DNA of 63,995 nucleotides, the filler included, from Alloascoidea hylecoeti (Eukaryota), in assembly GCA_001600815.1 (NCBI GenBank). It is 5 parts of 5 records of this genome, joined end to end, with 100 filler letters (N's around TTAATTAATTAA, not from the genome) between each part and the next. Parts side by side here need not be neighbours in the genome. Positions count along the whole stretch, not along the records: positions 29,688 to 53,003 come from BCKZ01000031.1; positions 53,104 to 60,529 come from BCKZ01000044.1; positions 60,630 to 62,849 come from BCKZ01000052.1; positions 62,950 to 63,995 come from BCKZ01000134.1; 1 more part is not named here. One strand, written 5' to 3'. The translations under genes were made by a program, and so were the position numbers. The notes below the pieces were generated by a model. That model was not told the origin of the DNA. It did not search any database and saw nothing but the letters and a program-made list of their open reading frames with translations. Every line of letters begins with the position of its first letter. The stretch's first letter is position 1. Of this stretch, positions 51,309 to 63,487 are shown one piece after another.

Positions 51309-53003
51309 TTAATTGAGTAACTTAGAAGAAAGTTTGGTAAAGGAAGTTGTATCAAGAGTTTTGGTTAAAATATCTGAAACATTTTCAGAAGTATTAATAT
51401 AGTTGAGCTTAGCTACTTTATTTTTGACTAAGTTTCGAATGAAATGGTAATGGATAGCTATATGCTTAGTTTTTGAATGATTATACTTATGGGCGGCTAG
51501 AATTAATGCAGATCTGTTATCACTTACTAAATCAATATAAGACACATCTAAGTTGAGTTCTTCCATTAAATTCCTAAAATATAGACCAGTTCTGGAACAT
51601 TCGCTTAAGGACATATATTCGGCTTCGGTACTTGAGATGGAGACACTCTTTTGTTTACGCGAACACCAAGTAACTAGATTGTTATTGATGTATATAGCAT
51701 AACCAGTTTGAGAAATCCGGTCGTTGACGTCAGCAGCATGATCAGAATCAGAAACAGCAGTGATAGTATACTTGCCAAGTTTAGGATAGTCAACAATAGA
51801 AACGTTCTTGGTTGTGTCTAAGTATCTAAAGTCTTTATAGGGTAAAGATGGTGAGTTCTTTTCATAACAGATTCCCTTTTCCTTACTTTGAACAAGATAT
51901 TGGAGTACTCTATAAGCAGCCTTGAGATGAATAACATTTGGGTTAGCAAGAAACCGTGATAAAAGTGAAGCAGCAAAAGAAACATCAGGTCTAGCGGTAT
52001 TTGAAATGAAATTGATAACTCCAACAATTGATTGGTATTTTTTGATGTCTTTAGTTTCCAAGGGTTTTGAGGACTCATATGGATTGAAACCTTTAACTAA
52101 AGGAGTAAGCAACTGCTTACCTTTAATAATTTGGTAATCACTTTCAAGCTTAGTAAGAAAATCCTTAAGAGATAGTTTGATTCCACCGGAAGAGGTTCTG
52201 GTAATTGACATACCTAAAAAGGTGCTAGGGAAACCAAGGTCTTTAATAGGAAACTTCTGTTTGATTCTTGATTTGATATCATTCAATATTTGACTGTTGG
52301 GGGCAGCAATAAATGAATCATCCACATATACTGGAATGAGACTATCATCTTTACTAAACAAACAGGGTTCAAGATTACTTTGTTTAAATCCCATTTGCTT
52401 AAGGGTAGAAGCGAGGGTTTCAAACCAAAGGTTGGGACTTTGTCGCAGACCATAAACAGCTTTTTTTACCTTCCATAATTTGTGTTTGTCAATATGAGAC
52501 CCATCAGGAGGTTCCATGAAAACTTCATAATCTATATCACCATGCAAAAAGGCATTTGAAACATCAAATTGACAAAGTTGCCAATCATTCTGTACGGTGA
52601 AATTCAAAATAAACCTTAAAGTTTCATATGAACAAACGGGTGCGTAAATATCAACAAAATCCTGTCCGAGCTCTTGTTTATAACCTTTTGCAACGATTCT
52701 TCCTTTAAAGCGGTCGTGATCAATTTCATTTTTGACAGTAAATACCCATCTAGACGGGATAACTTGTTTTCCATGAGCATCACTTCGGTCAACGACTTCA
52801 ACCACTTCGTTTGCGTAGAAAGCATTGAGTTCCATGTTCATTGCAGATAACCAATTGTCCTTCTCGGTAGAGTTCATAACATCCTTATAAGTAGTTGGAA
52901 TCTGATATTTGCTTTTATTGACTAACAATTGAACTTCTTCGTGATCAGAAAACATTTCTTGATTATCATCAGACGTCAACAACAACAAAGGAGATTTAGC
53001 TTC
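51309..53003 (-). mobile_element. Ty1/copia pol, RT plus RNase H, 5' truncated by gap
   Basis: RFKGRIVAKGYKQ, FDVSNAFL, YGLRQSP, VYVDD, SSTEAEY and SDILTK in an uninterrupted frame. Confidence 0.97.
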
Positions 53004-53103
53004 NNNNNNNNNNNNNNNNNNNNNNNNNNNNNNNNNNNNNNNNNNNNTTAATTAATTAANNNNNNNNNNNNNNNNNNNNNNNNNNNNNNNNNNNNNNNNN
53101 NNN

Positions 53104-54611
53104 CAATTAGAAAATTGTCAGGGTTTGAATTGGCAGGTGCCTATATGGGATATAGGGAATTAGAAGGTTGTGTCTCTATAACAGCAAGATATATTGAACC
53201 TATTAAAAAAACAGATATTATACGTGCAATGAAGAAAGTTATAATTGATAATCCTATTTTATTGCAGAATGCATTTAATGATGATGATGTTGAAGCAACA
53301 AACAATGAAGATTTATATTGGAAATATATCGATGAGGTTGATTTAAATGACATAATACAGTATAAATATGTTGAAAATAAACAATTGGATGATTTGAAAA
53401 GTCCATTAAATGAATTTGATATTCCTGATATGATTTATAGAGCACCTGGATGGAAATATCTTAGTCGAAAAGATTCAGTTTTATGGAGAATTGTTATACT
53501 TAATGATGTTGAGGTCTGTTTTTTATTTGATCATGCTCTATTGGATGGAAGATCTGGAGATATTTTTCAACTCCTTTTATTTGAATCATTGAGAGAATTC
53601 GAAATGGATCCATTGACTAAAGAAGACGAAACCAAATTAATGGCCCATACAAAAATTGGAAGGTCGGATTTACCAGAAGATGTTGTTCATACAAGTGATG
53701 TTAAATCGTTGTTACCGTTCAAAGGTGCTCTTTCGTTTATGCTACAACTTATTCTTATACCAATGTTACCACAATTTTTAATACCTGAAAAACTTCATTG
53801 CACACAATTACCACCACCATTATTAGATGTGAAACCTAATGATGTTCCAATAAGAATGGGGTTTGAACCTATAAAAGATAAATTAATCAATTTAAATACA
53901 TTCGAAACTATGAATATTATTAATGCATGCAAGAACCAAAAAGTGACAGTTACAGCGTTTCTAACAATTGCAGTATTAGAAGCAATCAGTCAGGTTCTTC
54001 AAGTAGATAGGTTATGCAATTCAACACTTATTGATGCCAGAAGATGTATTGACTCAAAACATCCAGTGTTGAATGGAGCGAACCCGAATAGAGTTATGGG
54101 ATTTTTATTTTCAATGATAGATTTTTATTATAATAGGAAAAGTAATAATTCAGATTTTTGGGGGAAAGTAATGAATCATTCAAAAGAACTTAAAGAAAAA
54201 ACAAATAAGAAAACTATTTTAACAAAATCTTTTCAATGTTTTACAGAATCAAAATTATTTCCTACTATAACTAAATTTTTGAATCTATTTGCAACATCAA
54301 AAAGAAATTCAGTACTAGCAGTATCAAATTTAGGATACAGAAAATTTGAATATAAAAAAGAATCTAAATATAATATTGAACGAATGTCATTTATGACCGC
54401 AGCAGCATTTGGCGGGATATATATGGATATTATAACTACGAATAATAATGAATCACCAGTTATGACAATTTTTTTATGTGCTGGATCAAATGCTCTTACT
54501 GATGAACAATTTTATAGTATATCGAAGATTTTCAAGGAAATTATAACAAGTGGTGAAATATTAATGTTGGATGAATCGTCAGATAAGGAATCAGCATCAG
54601 TAGAATCTTAA
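53104..54611 (+). CDS. Alcohol acetyltransferase (Atf/Sli1 family) copy A, 5' end in gap
   Basis: HALLDG (HXXXDG), WRIVIL and SNLG motifs. Confidence 0.85.
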
Positions 54612-54903
54612 GTTACTATTAGTTATAATATTACAGGATATATTAATATATTATATATTGTAAAGATAAAACAATTGTAACCTTAGGAAAATGCAATGTT
54701 AATCCAAGCTTAAGTGTGAAAGGTCGTCTATACCATACGTATAAGCTTAAGTACAGCTATAGCCTATAATTGGCAGCTTGGTCTGTTTCGCACTATAAAT
54801 GGAAAAAAAAATTTTCATCCAACCGGTATTACATTGAACAAGTGCATCGTTTTAGTTTCACCCCAGATTAGTACCATACATTGAATTTTACAATGATGCG
54901 CTA

Positions 54904-55090
54904 GATGGCCGATTATATGGTTTAAAACATGGCCGAATATTTTGTTCATGTGGCCTAATAGTTAGAGCATAGCATAGGCGATAATTATTTTTCGGAATTC
55001 CCAGACTATTAGTACCTCAAATGGCGGAATATTTAATGTATAATATAGCCGAAACATCGTTCATTACGTGGCCGAAATTAAGTAATATGA
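54904..55090 (-). repeat. Family A repeat-array remnant
   Basis: Repeated TGGCCGAATAT-like units at roughly 20-25 bp spacing. Confidence 0.6.
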
Positions 55091-55265
55091 CCCTAATTCA
55101 TAAATTAATTTTCCTTTAATAGCACAATAATTATATATCATGACAAATTAATGGGATTACATATTTAATATGCTCAACTGATAGACACCACCTTGAATAT
55201 TCACATTTAAATTCTAGACAAGTTATGAGTTTCAAATTTTTATTCGTGTCAGTTTTAATAAAATA

Positions 55266-56783
55266 TTAATATTTTATTGGTTCACCTTTAGAAGATTCAT
55301 TTAACATTAATATTTCACCACTTGTTATAATTTCCTTGAAAATCTTCGATATACTATAAAATTGTTCATCAGTAAGAGCATTTGATCCAGCACATAAAAA
55401 AATTGTCATAACTGGTGATTCATTATTATTCGTAGTTATAATATCCATATATATCCCGCCAAATGCTGCTGCGGTCATAAATGACATTCGTTCAATATTA
55501 TATTTAGATTCTTTTTTATATTCAAATTTTCTGTATCCTAAATTTGATACTGCTAGTACTGAATTTCTTTTTGATGTTGCAAATAGATTCAAAAATTTAG
55601 TTATAGTAGGAAATAATTTTGATTCTGTAAAACATTGAAAAGATTTTGTTAAAATAGTTTTCTTATTTGTTTTTTCTTTAAGTTCTTTTGAATGATTCAT
55701 TACTTTCCCCCAAAAATCTGAATTATTACTTTTCCTATTATAATAAAAATCTATCATTGAAAATAAAAATCCCATAACTCTATTCGGGTTCGCTCCATTC
55801 AACACTGGATGTTTTGAGTCAATACATCTTCTGGCATCAATAAGTGTTGAATTGCATAACCTATCTACTTGAAGAACCTGACTGATTGCTTCTAATACTG
55901 CAATTGTTAGAAACGCTGTAACTGTCACTTTTTGGTTCTTGCATGCATTAATAATATTCATAGTTTCGAATGTATTTAAATTGATTAATTTATCTTTTAT
56001 AGGTTCAAACCCCATTCTTATTGGAACATCATTAGGTTTCACATCTAATAATGGTGGTGGTAATTGTGTGCAATGAAGTTTTTCAGGTATTAAAAATTGT
56101 GGTAACATTGGTATAAGAATAAGTTGTAGCATAAACGAAAGAGCACCTTTGAACGGTAACAACGATTTAACATCACTTGTATGAACAACATCTTCTGGTA
56201 AATCCGACCTTCCAATTTTTGTATGGGCCATTAATTTGGTTTCGTCTTCTTTAGTCAATGGATCCATTTCGAATTCTCTCAATGATTCAAATAAAAGGAG
56301 TTGAAAAATATCTCCAGATCTTCCATCCAATAGAGCATGATCAAATAAAAAACAGACCTCAACATCATTAAGTATAACAATTCTCCATAAAACTGAATCT
56401 TTTCGACTAAGATATTTCCATCCAGGTGCTCTATAAATCATATCAGGAATATCAAATTCATTTAATGGACTTTTCAAATCATCCAATTGTTTATTTTCAA
56501 CATATTTATACTGTATTATGTCATTTAAATCAACCTCATCGATATATTTCCAATATAAATCTTCATTGTTTGTTGCTTCAACATCATCATCATTAAATGC
56601 ATTCTGCAATAAAATAGGATTATCAATTATAACTTTCTTCATTGCACGTATAATATCTGTTTTTTTAATAGGTTCAATATATCTTGCTGTTATAGAGACA
56701 CAACCTTCTAATTCCCTATATCCCATATAGGCACCTGCCAATTCAAACCCTGACAATTTTCTAATTGTTGTATTCGAATTCAT
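55266..56783 (-). CDS. Alcohol acetyltransferase copy B (505 aa)
   Basis: ATG at 56783 (MNSNTTIRKLSGFE); translated core identical to copy A. Confidence 0.9.
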   Translation of the reverse strand: MNSNTTIRKLSGFELAGAYMGYRELEGCVSITARYIEPIKKTDIIRAMKKVIIDNPILLQNAFNDDDVEATNNEDLYWKYIDEVDLNDIIQYKYVENKQLDDLKSPLNEFDIPDMIYRAPGWKYLSRKDSVLWRIVILNDVEVCFLFDHALLDGRSGDIFQLLLFESLREFEMDPLTKEDETKLMAHTKIGRSDLPEDVVHTSDVKSLLPFKGALSFMLQLILIPMLPQFLIPEKLHCTQLPPPLLDVKPNDVPIRMGFEPIKDKLINLNTFETMNIINACKNQKVTVTAFLTIAVLEAISQVLQVDRLCNSTLIDARRCIDSKHPVLNGANPNRVMGFLFSMIDFYYNRKSNNSDFWGKVMNHSKELKEKTNKKTILTKSFQCFTESKLFPTITKFLNLFATSKRNSVLAVSNLGYRKFEYKKESKYNIERMSFMTAAAFGGIYMDIITTNNNESPVMTIFLCAGSNALTDEQFYSISKIFKEIITSGEILMLNESSKGEPIKY

Positions 56784-58086
56784 TTTAATACTTAAAGTTT
56801 TTGATGGAAAAATTAAGATTGTAATTGAGAAAGGTTGCAAACTTTATATGATCAGCAAATAGGAAAACTCCAGTTCTGAATTTCTAATAAAAGGATATAA
56901 TCATACAACTTTTATTGTTTCAATTAAATTTATTAAATCTAAAAACGGTTACACAGTCCAATTTGCAAATAAAAATAGAATATAGTATATACCTATAGGC
57001 CCTATATATATACTATTGTGTGATAGCCCTTTTGATTTAACATTTCATTATATTTCCCATATAGTCTAGGTTTCCAGATCAGGTTTTATAAGATCTCGAT
57101 ATAGTACTCTGGGTTGTTCACAATTGTGACCTACATAAGATGGATATATGTTAGTTACCTGGTTGGGTGGGGTGCATACGGGTTTATGGGTGTACTCCTC
57201 TCACAGCCTACGTGGTGTGGAAAATTGTCGCAATTTGTCAGGCAATTTTAAATTTCTCTCGAATTCCATACTCGTAATTGCAGTAATTATTATAATGCCA
57301 TTCCCGGTTACTTTAGTTCGCAATTGCAATTATGGTCGCACGCATGTCCATGGATTAATGATCGGAGGCGTCAAAAATGGTTTCACTTGCGCTATAATTG
57401 CGCTGGAGTTTATGACCTAATTGGGAATCCTGCATACCTGAGAATAATTTCAAAATTCGTAATGTACTCCAAATTAAGTGGAACCGAATGCCAAAAAGAA
57501 GAAATCAACCATATGCGTGCACACAACGTCTTCACACCGAATCCCTTGAATTGAATAAAAATTCAAACATATGGATAACAAGCTTACAAACATAGATATT
57601 CAATATTAACTCAATTACTATTGATTGGGAAAATAATGTTGAATTGGTTCGAAAAGACAAAGATTTACAGAGACCAAGAGATGAAAAGGTATATGGTATT
57701 CCTATTATATATTTTGAAGTTAATAGTATATGTATAATACTTAACATATATATATTTATTTAATTTATAGTCATCAATGAATATCAAGTTGGTAGAAATT
57801 ATTTGGAAACTTTAATGGATATAAAACTTCAAAAAATTCATCCTCCTCTGACAATAATGAAGAACAACATGTTATTTCTATCGAATCTACAAGAAAACAA
57901 TCAGATGATGATTATGTTTTAGATAAAATTAAAAAAAGGTTATTACAATATCTTGCTGTTTTACAATTACATCAACATTTTGAAACNNNNNNNNNNNNNN
58001 NNNNNNNNNNNNNNNNNNNNNNNNNNNNNNNNNNNNNNNNNNNNNNNNNNNNNNNNNNNNNNNNNNNNNNNNNNNNNNNNNNNNNN

Positions 58087-58263
58087 TTCAATATATCTTG
58101 CTGTTATAGAGACACAACCTTCTAATTCCCTATATCCCATATAGGCACCTGCCAATTCAAACCCTGACAATTTTCTAATTGGCATTGCAATTGAACTATT
58201 TAGTATCAATTGCGATCCTGAAGTATTAGCTGTCTTATTAATTTCGGCGGCTGATGTATCCAT
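58087..58263 (-). CDS. 5' fragment of an alcohol acetyltransferase with a different N-terminus
   Basis: MDTSAAEINKTANTSGSQLILNSSIAMP then IRKLSGFELAGAY..., identical to the shared core; runs into a gap. Confidence 0.8.
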
Positions 58264-60629
58264 AGTTTGAAATAGATGAAACTTTAGAGTATATATTATT
58301 GGCCTAAAGACAAATTTGCGATTGATGAATCAAGATCGATACCCATTTATATATTCTCAATTTATCAAAGGCGACATCTAATTACAAATGGAATAACTAT
58401 ACCAACCTCATCGATTCTAATTAATGGTTGCGCCATGGTAGTTGATAATATATTAATTACAAGCTTATATCGTACTTTTTAAGGTGTTTCACCATCCAAG
58501 AAATTCTCAAAGCAGTTAATTTTTGCATATTTTGCAATTGTCAGGTGGTTATAATTAGATCTTTCCATCTACGAATATTATAGCTCTTTTTAATAATAGG
58601 TTATTTTATTATGGTTTAAATATAAATTCACTTTATAATATATTATAATAATAAATAAAAAACGCTATCTTTTTATTCTTTCGTATGATAGAATTTATCA
58701 TTAATATAACGCTACAACAGTTCATAAAACGCCATCAAACCCTTATCGTGTGGCACTATGCAGTGCACACTCTAAAATATATAGTCATATACTTTACAAA
58801 CAAATATAGATTTATTAATATAAGCTCATGTCTAAAATTTAAAATTTTGAGTTTCTAGCTCGTTCCAGTTATTTACGTGTTTAAAAGGCGGCTTGAACTT
58901 GATTGTGAGTTTTTATAAGTTATACGAATTCGAATCATACTATCTAAGTAGCAAATAATTCTTATTATCCTTCACTTATAGTCTTAATAATTAATCTTAA
59001 ATCAGATCAATTGGAATATTTATTAAGAGTATTATATAAAGAAAACAATTTTATAGTTTCATATTACTATTTGACAGGTGTCACAGAATAGTCCCCTTCT
59101 TTGCTCTCAATTGAATCGAGCCATCAAAGATGATCTACATCTAGTCCGTCATCACATTTAGATGATGTTAATACCTATTACCTAATAATTGTGGTTAAAA
59201 CATAAATCTTGAACTTTTGTGATATATGATTGTATAAAACTAAATAATTTCACATTGAAAACGTATTCGGGCTTTAATGGAAATTTTAAATTTTAATTCA
59301 TCGCAATTTAATTATAGACCTACAATCTTTAATTTACAATCAATTTTACATTATATAATAATTGTTCTAATTCGGCAATTCCAACTGGCCAATGTGACCA
59401 TGATTACAAGTGACAAATGATTGTTTGGGGCAGTACAAATATGTATATGGAAACAAAATTATAGATCTTTATAAATTTTGAAAGTGATCATGAAACTGTG
59501 GACACAAATTATTGATAAAACATCGAGAAATTATTGGCGAGTAGGATATATTAATTAATTACACACTGTTTTAAGGGTTGCGATATTGTTCCTGGGCAAA
59601 ATATTAGCGTTTACTAAATTAGCCATCAATATCGCCGAAAAATGAATTCACTAGATATTCAGTGACGATAAACTACTTATCCTAACAAATTTCTAATATA
59701 TTATCCTGGAATATTTGTACCTGCTCTTCTGTTTTCAGTTCAAACTTGGAAAGTTTCTTCTTCTTTTTACCCTCTTTTTGACCATGTGTATCATTCATAT
59801 TGCAGCTGTATTTTTTGGCCCAATCTTGTTCCTTTTCCGATGCCTTTAATCATGAATACTCATAGCTAATAATTTAAATAGTTCCAAATTTTCATGATTG
59901 TAAATATTAATGTTGTATTTCTTATTTAGATCCTTTTCCCTATAAAAGATGTCATGGTGACTGCATCCTAGTTTTATTTGGATATGGGAGGTATCATTAA
60001 ATTCGCTACGAATCTTCTTTTCTGAATTCCCTTTGGTATTATTACTAAGTTGGCGTTTTCAACAGATTGTTTTTGATCCTATTATCTTCTTTTAAGCACT
60101 CGAAAAGATAAAATATCAACTTTAGTATCAAAAGTTTTCAACACTTGAACCCCTTCTGCATTCCGTTTATCAAAGGAAAATCTTGAGGATCTTATTAGTT
60201 TAATGCGTCTTTGTATTGATTCAAATGAATTTCTTTAGAGGTTTAACAAAAATTCAAAAAAGAGCTCTTATTGGAACACCATTAGTTTTATTACAATCAG
60301 AAATGAAAAAATCATCACCATCAATTAATAAAAAAAAGGTAAAGTTGGTTCTGATTCATCATCAAATATTCAAGATGAAGATAAAGATGAAGATCTTGCA
60401 CAAATCAATAAATTTAAATATTCTTGATGAAGATAAACAAAAGAATCTTCAAATTATATCTTATGAATCTACACATTCTGAATATCAAGTTGGTAGAAAT
60501 TATTTGGAAACTTTAATGGATATAAAACTNNNNNNNNNNNNNNNNNNNNNNNNNNNNNNNNNNNNNNNNNNNNTTAATTAATTAANNNNNNNNNNNNNNN
60601 NNNNNNNNNNNNNNNNNNNNNNNNNNNNN

Positions 60630-62623
60630 TACTAGTGGTACCACAAATACCACAGAAAGGAGACAGAATGTTTGTAGTCACCACCGATGCTTGTGACATA
60701 TCGTTAGGAGCAACTTTAGAAGAAAAAACCAGCGAAGGGAAATTAATAGGAGTTGTAGGGTATGCGTCAAAGAAACTACAGAAGGCTGAACTGAATTATC
60801 CAACGAGAGAGAAGGAATTTATGGCAGTAGTATTTGCGTTNAAAGAATGGGAGTATTACTTGAAAGACAACCATTTTTTGTTACAGACTGACCATAATTC
60901 GTTACAATATATCCATCAACAGAAACAGCTAAATAAGAGCAGAATAGCAAGATGGATAGACTTTCTCGCAGAATTCAACTTCACAATTAAGTATATACCT
61001 GGTAAGACAAACTCAGCGGCCGATGCCCTAAGTAGAGTTGATTTAGAAGCCCATAGGATAGAACTGACGCCAACAGACACCAGCCGAGAACTGCTGAAGG
61101 AAATCAAAGAACATTATAAAGAAGACAAAGATTTCAATGAAATTTACGATATTTTAAGTAACGATAAAGAGGTACCCAAGAAGATGAACGCTTATATTAA
61201 ACACTATTCCATAAACAACGGATTATTGTACTTCAATACAACGGTTGGGGATAATGAAGAAGACAGAATTTGCGTGCCAGATACACCGAATGGAAAACTA
61301 AGACAGAAAATCATGAAAATAGGACACNATGTACCAATGAGTGGACATTTTGGCTATTATAAGACGTATTTGTTATTAGCAAAGAAGTACTACTGGAAGA
61401 ATATGTTCAAACAAATAAAGAGATATATTAATAAGTGCTATACATGCCAAACAGTGAAGACAACCACCCGAGCGACACAAGGATTGCTTATGCCGTTACC
61501 GATACCAAAAGAAAGATGGGAACAAATATCAATGGATTTTGTTACAGGTATCCCGAAGAATAAGAAGGGACATAATGCTATTTTTGTAGTAATTGATAGA
61601 CTAACAAAACGGGGACACTTCATTGCCACTCGCAAAGAATTAACGGGGGAGGGGGCAGCAAAATTATTTGTAGATCAAATTTTCCGCCTTCACGGTACCC
61701 CAAAGAGTATAATTTCAGACAAAGACATTAGATTTTTAGGAGCCTTTTGGAGGACGTTACACGATCTACTTGGAACAGAATTAGATTTCTCGACGGTTAA
61801 TCACCCAGACACAGATGGTCAGACGGAAAGACTGAACAAAATACTGAACCAATTATTAAGAGCCTATGTAAACAGAGAGAACGATGACTGGGAAGACTAT
61901 TTACCAATATTAGAATTTGCGTACAATAGTAGCCACCAAAAATCAATAAATTGCTCACCGTTTATGGCTGAACTGGGATACGAACCAACAGACCCAAGGA
62001 ACCTAGAACCGATAACACTAAGTAGAAAATCAAAGTCAGCTGAAGAAAAGGTTACCAAGATGAAAGCAATACTCCAAAGAGTTAGGGATAACATGGCAGA
62101 AGCACAGAAAGAACAAGAGGAACAGACGAACAGGAAGAGAAGACCCAGTAAGTATGAAAAGGGAGATTGGATACTAATAGATAGGAAGAACAAGGGAATT
62201 GTAGCCATAGAACAGAAATTGAAGCCAATTTATTTAGGACCTTACGAAATAACCAACGTGATGAATGAGAACACGTATGAAATTGACTTTAGAACCATTA
62301 AGAATCGTTGGAGGAGCGTCAACATAAAATGGCTTAAACCATACAACAATGCCGAAGTTTACACCAAAGTACCACCTAGAACACCGAAAGAAGTCAGAAC
62401 CAGAATAGCAGAAATGAAAGAATTGATAAATTACAACGAATTGACCAAAATTAGTACAGTAACCTGGAGAGGTTGTGACCCCCATTCAGCATCAGAAATA
62501 ACCTTCAGAGAATTTGAGTTAGCACCAGAAAAATTGAAGAACCAGATGAAGTCAAGGTATTACGACGAATTCTTAAGGAAGAAAGCTGAACAGAATAGGG
62601 AGGATAGGACGGGGACGTCCTAG
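60630..62623 (+). mobile_element. Ty3/gypsy pol, RNase H plus integrase, 5' truncated by gap
   Basis: TTDAC, NYPTREKE, TDH; HHCC (GH..GHFG..CYTC); SMDF/ISD/TDGQTER; GPY. Confidence 0.97.
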
Positions 62624-62626
62624 TTT

Positions 62627-62849
62627 AAAAGGGAGGAGTGTATGAGAAGTATTTCAGAAAAGTAGAATCTCAATACAACAACGAATTTAAAGTTTGTTTT
62701 GGCCGAAATTTAGTTAACAGCTAAAATAAAGTATTTAGTATTTGGAATAAAGTGTTTAAGTTTAAGTTAAAATTAATTAACGTAAAGTTCACTGTAGCGT
62801 ATAACTCTATTAAAAGATCTTATAAGTAATTTAGAACCACTTGGTGATA
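62627..62849 (+). mobile_element. Gypsy PPT and partial 3' LTR
   Basis: AAAAGGGAGGAG at 62627-62638, then TG at 62639. Confidence 0.8.
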
Positions 62850-63059
62850 NNNNNNNNNNNNNNNNNNNNNNNNNNNNNNNNNNNNNNNNNNNNTTAATTA
62901 ATTAANNNNNNNNNNNNNNNNNNNNNNNNNNNNNNNNNNNNNNNNNNNNATTTGGATGAAAGAAAAAAGGGAAAGGGGGACTGAATATATTACTTTATAT
63001 TTGGTTAAGAAGAAAGATACACGTATTAAAAAGCAGAAGAGTAATCCTTAAGCTTCTTG

Positions 63060-63487
63060 ATTACTTATACAAAATACCAATCCATCTGATAGCAGTAAAG
63101 CTGCACAGGGTCTTCATGTCAAGCTATAGGTACACAGCATCTTCACTGCGAATTCAATTTCATTAAGTCTCTAGTAGATACAGTTGTTGTATCATTTCGT
63201 CATTCATGCGGGACCGTATTTAGCGGCCAATGAATTTCGCTACCTTAGGACCCTCACGCTAAGGCCGCTATTTAAAACATACTTATAAATACCCGATTAG
63301 GTACATATTTGATATTAGGAAATGGAGCAGAGTTCACACTTTATACCTTGACTTGCGTCTCTGCAAAGTGCGGTGTTTTTATTAAACAGTTGGACAACCT
63401 TGTTAATTCTATCATACATTTGTACAATAATTTATTATTATAGAATGCACAATACCCTTCTTAGCCGAACTTAGGGGCGAATTTTTA
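63060..63487 (-). rRNA. rnl: Mitochondrial large-subunit rRNA fragment (domain IV to start of V)
   Basis: Minus strand has AACTGTTTAATAAAAACAC, TAAGGTAGCGAAATTC and GAAGACCCTGTGCAGCTTTACTG. Confidence 0.93.

Noticed and set aside
60630..62623. Inferring the host CUG code
   Set aside because: CTG falls at Leu-like positions in gypsy pol, but I saw too few CTGs at conserved sites in host genes to decide.
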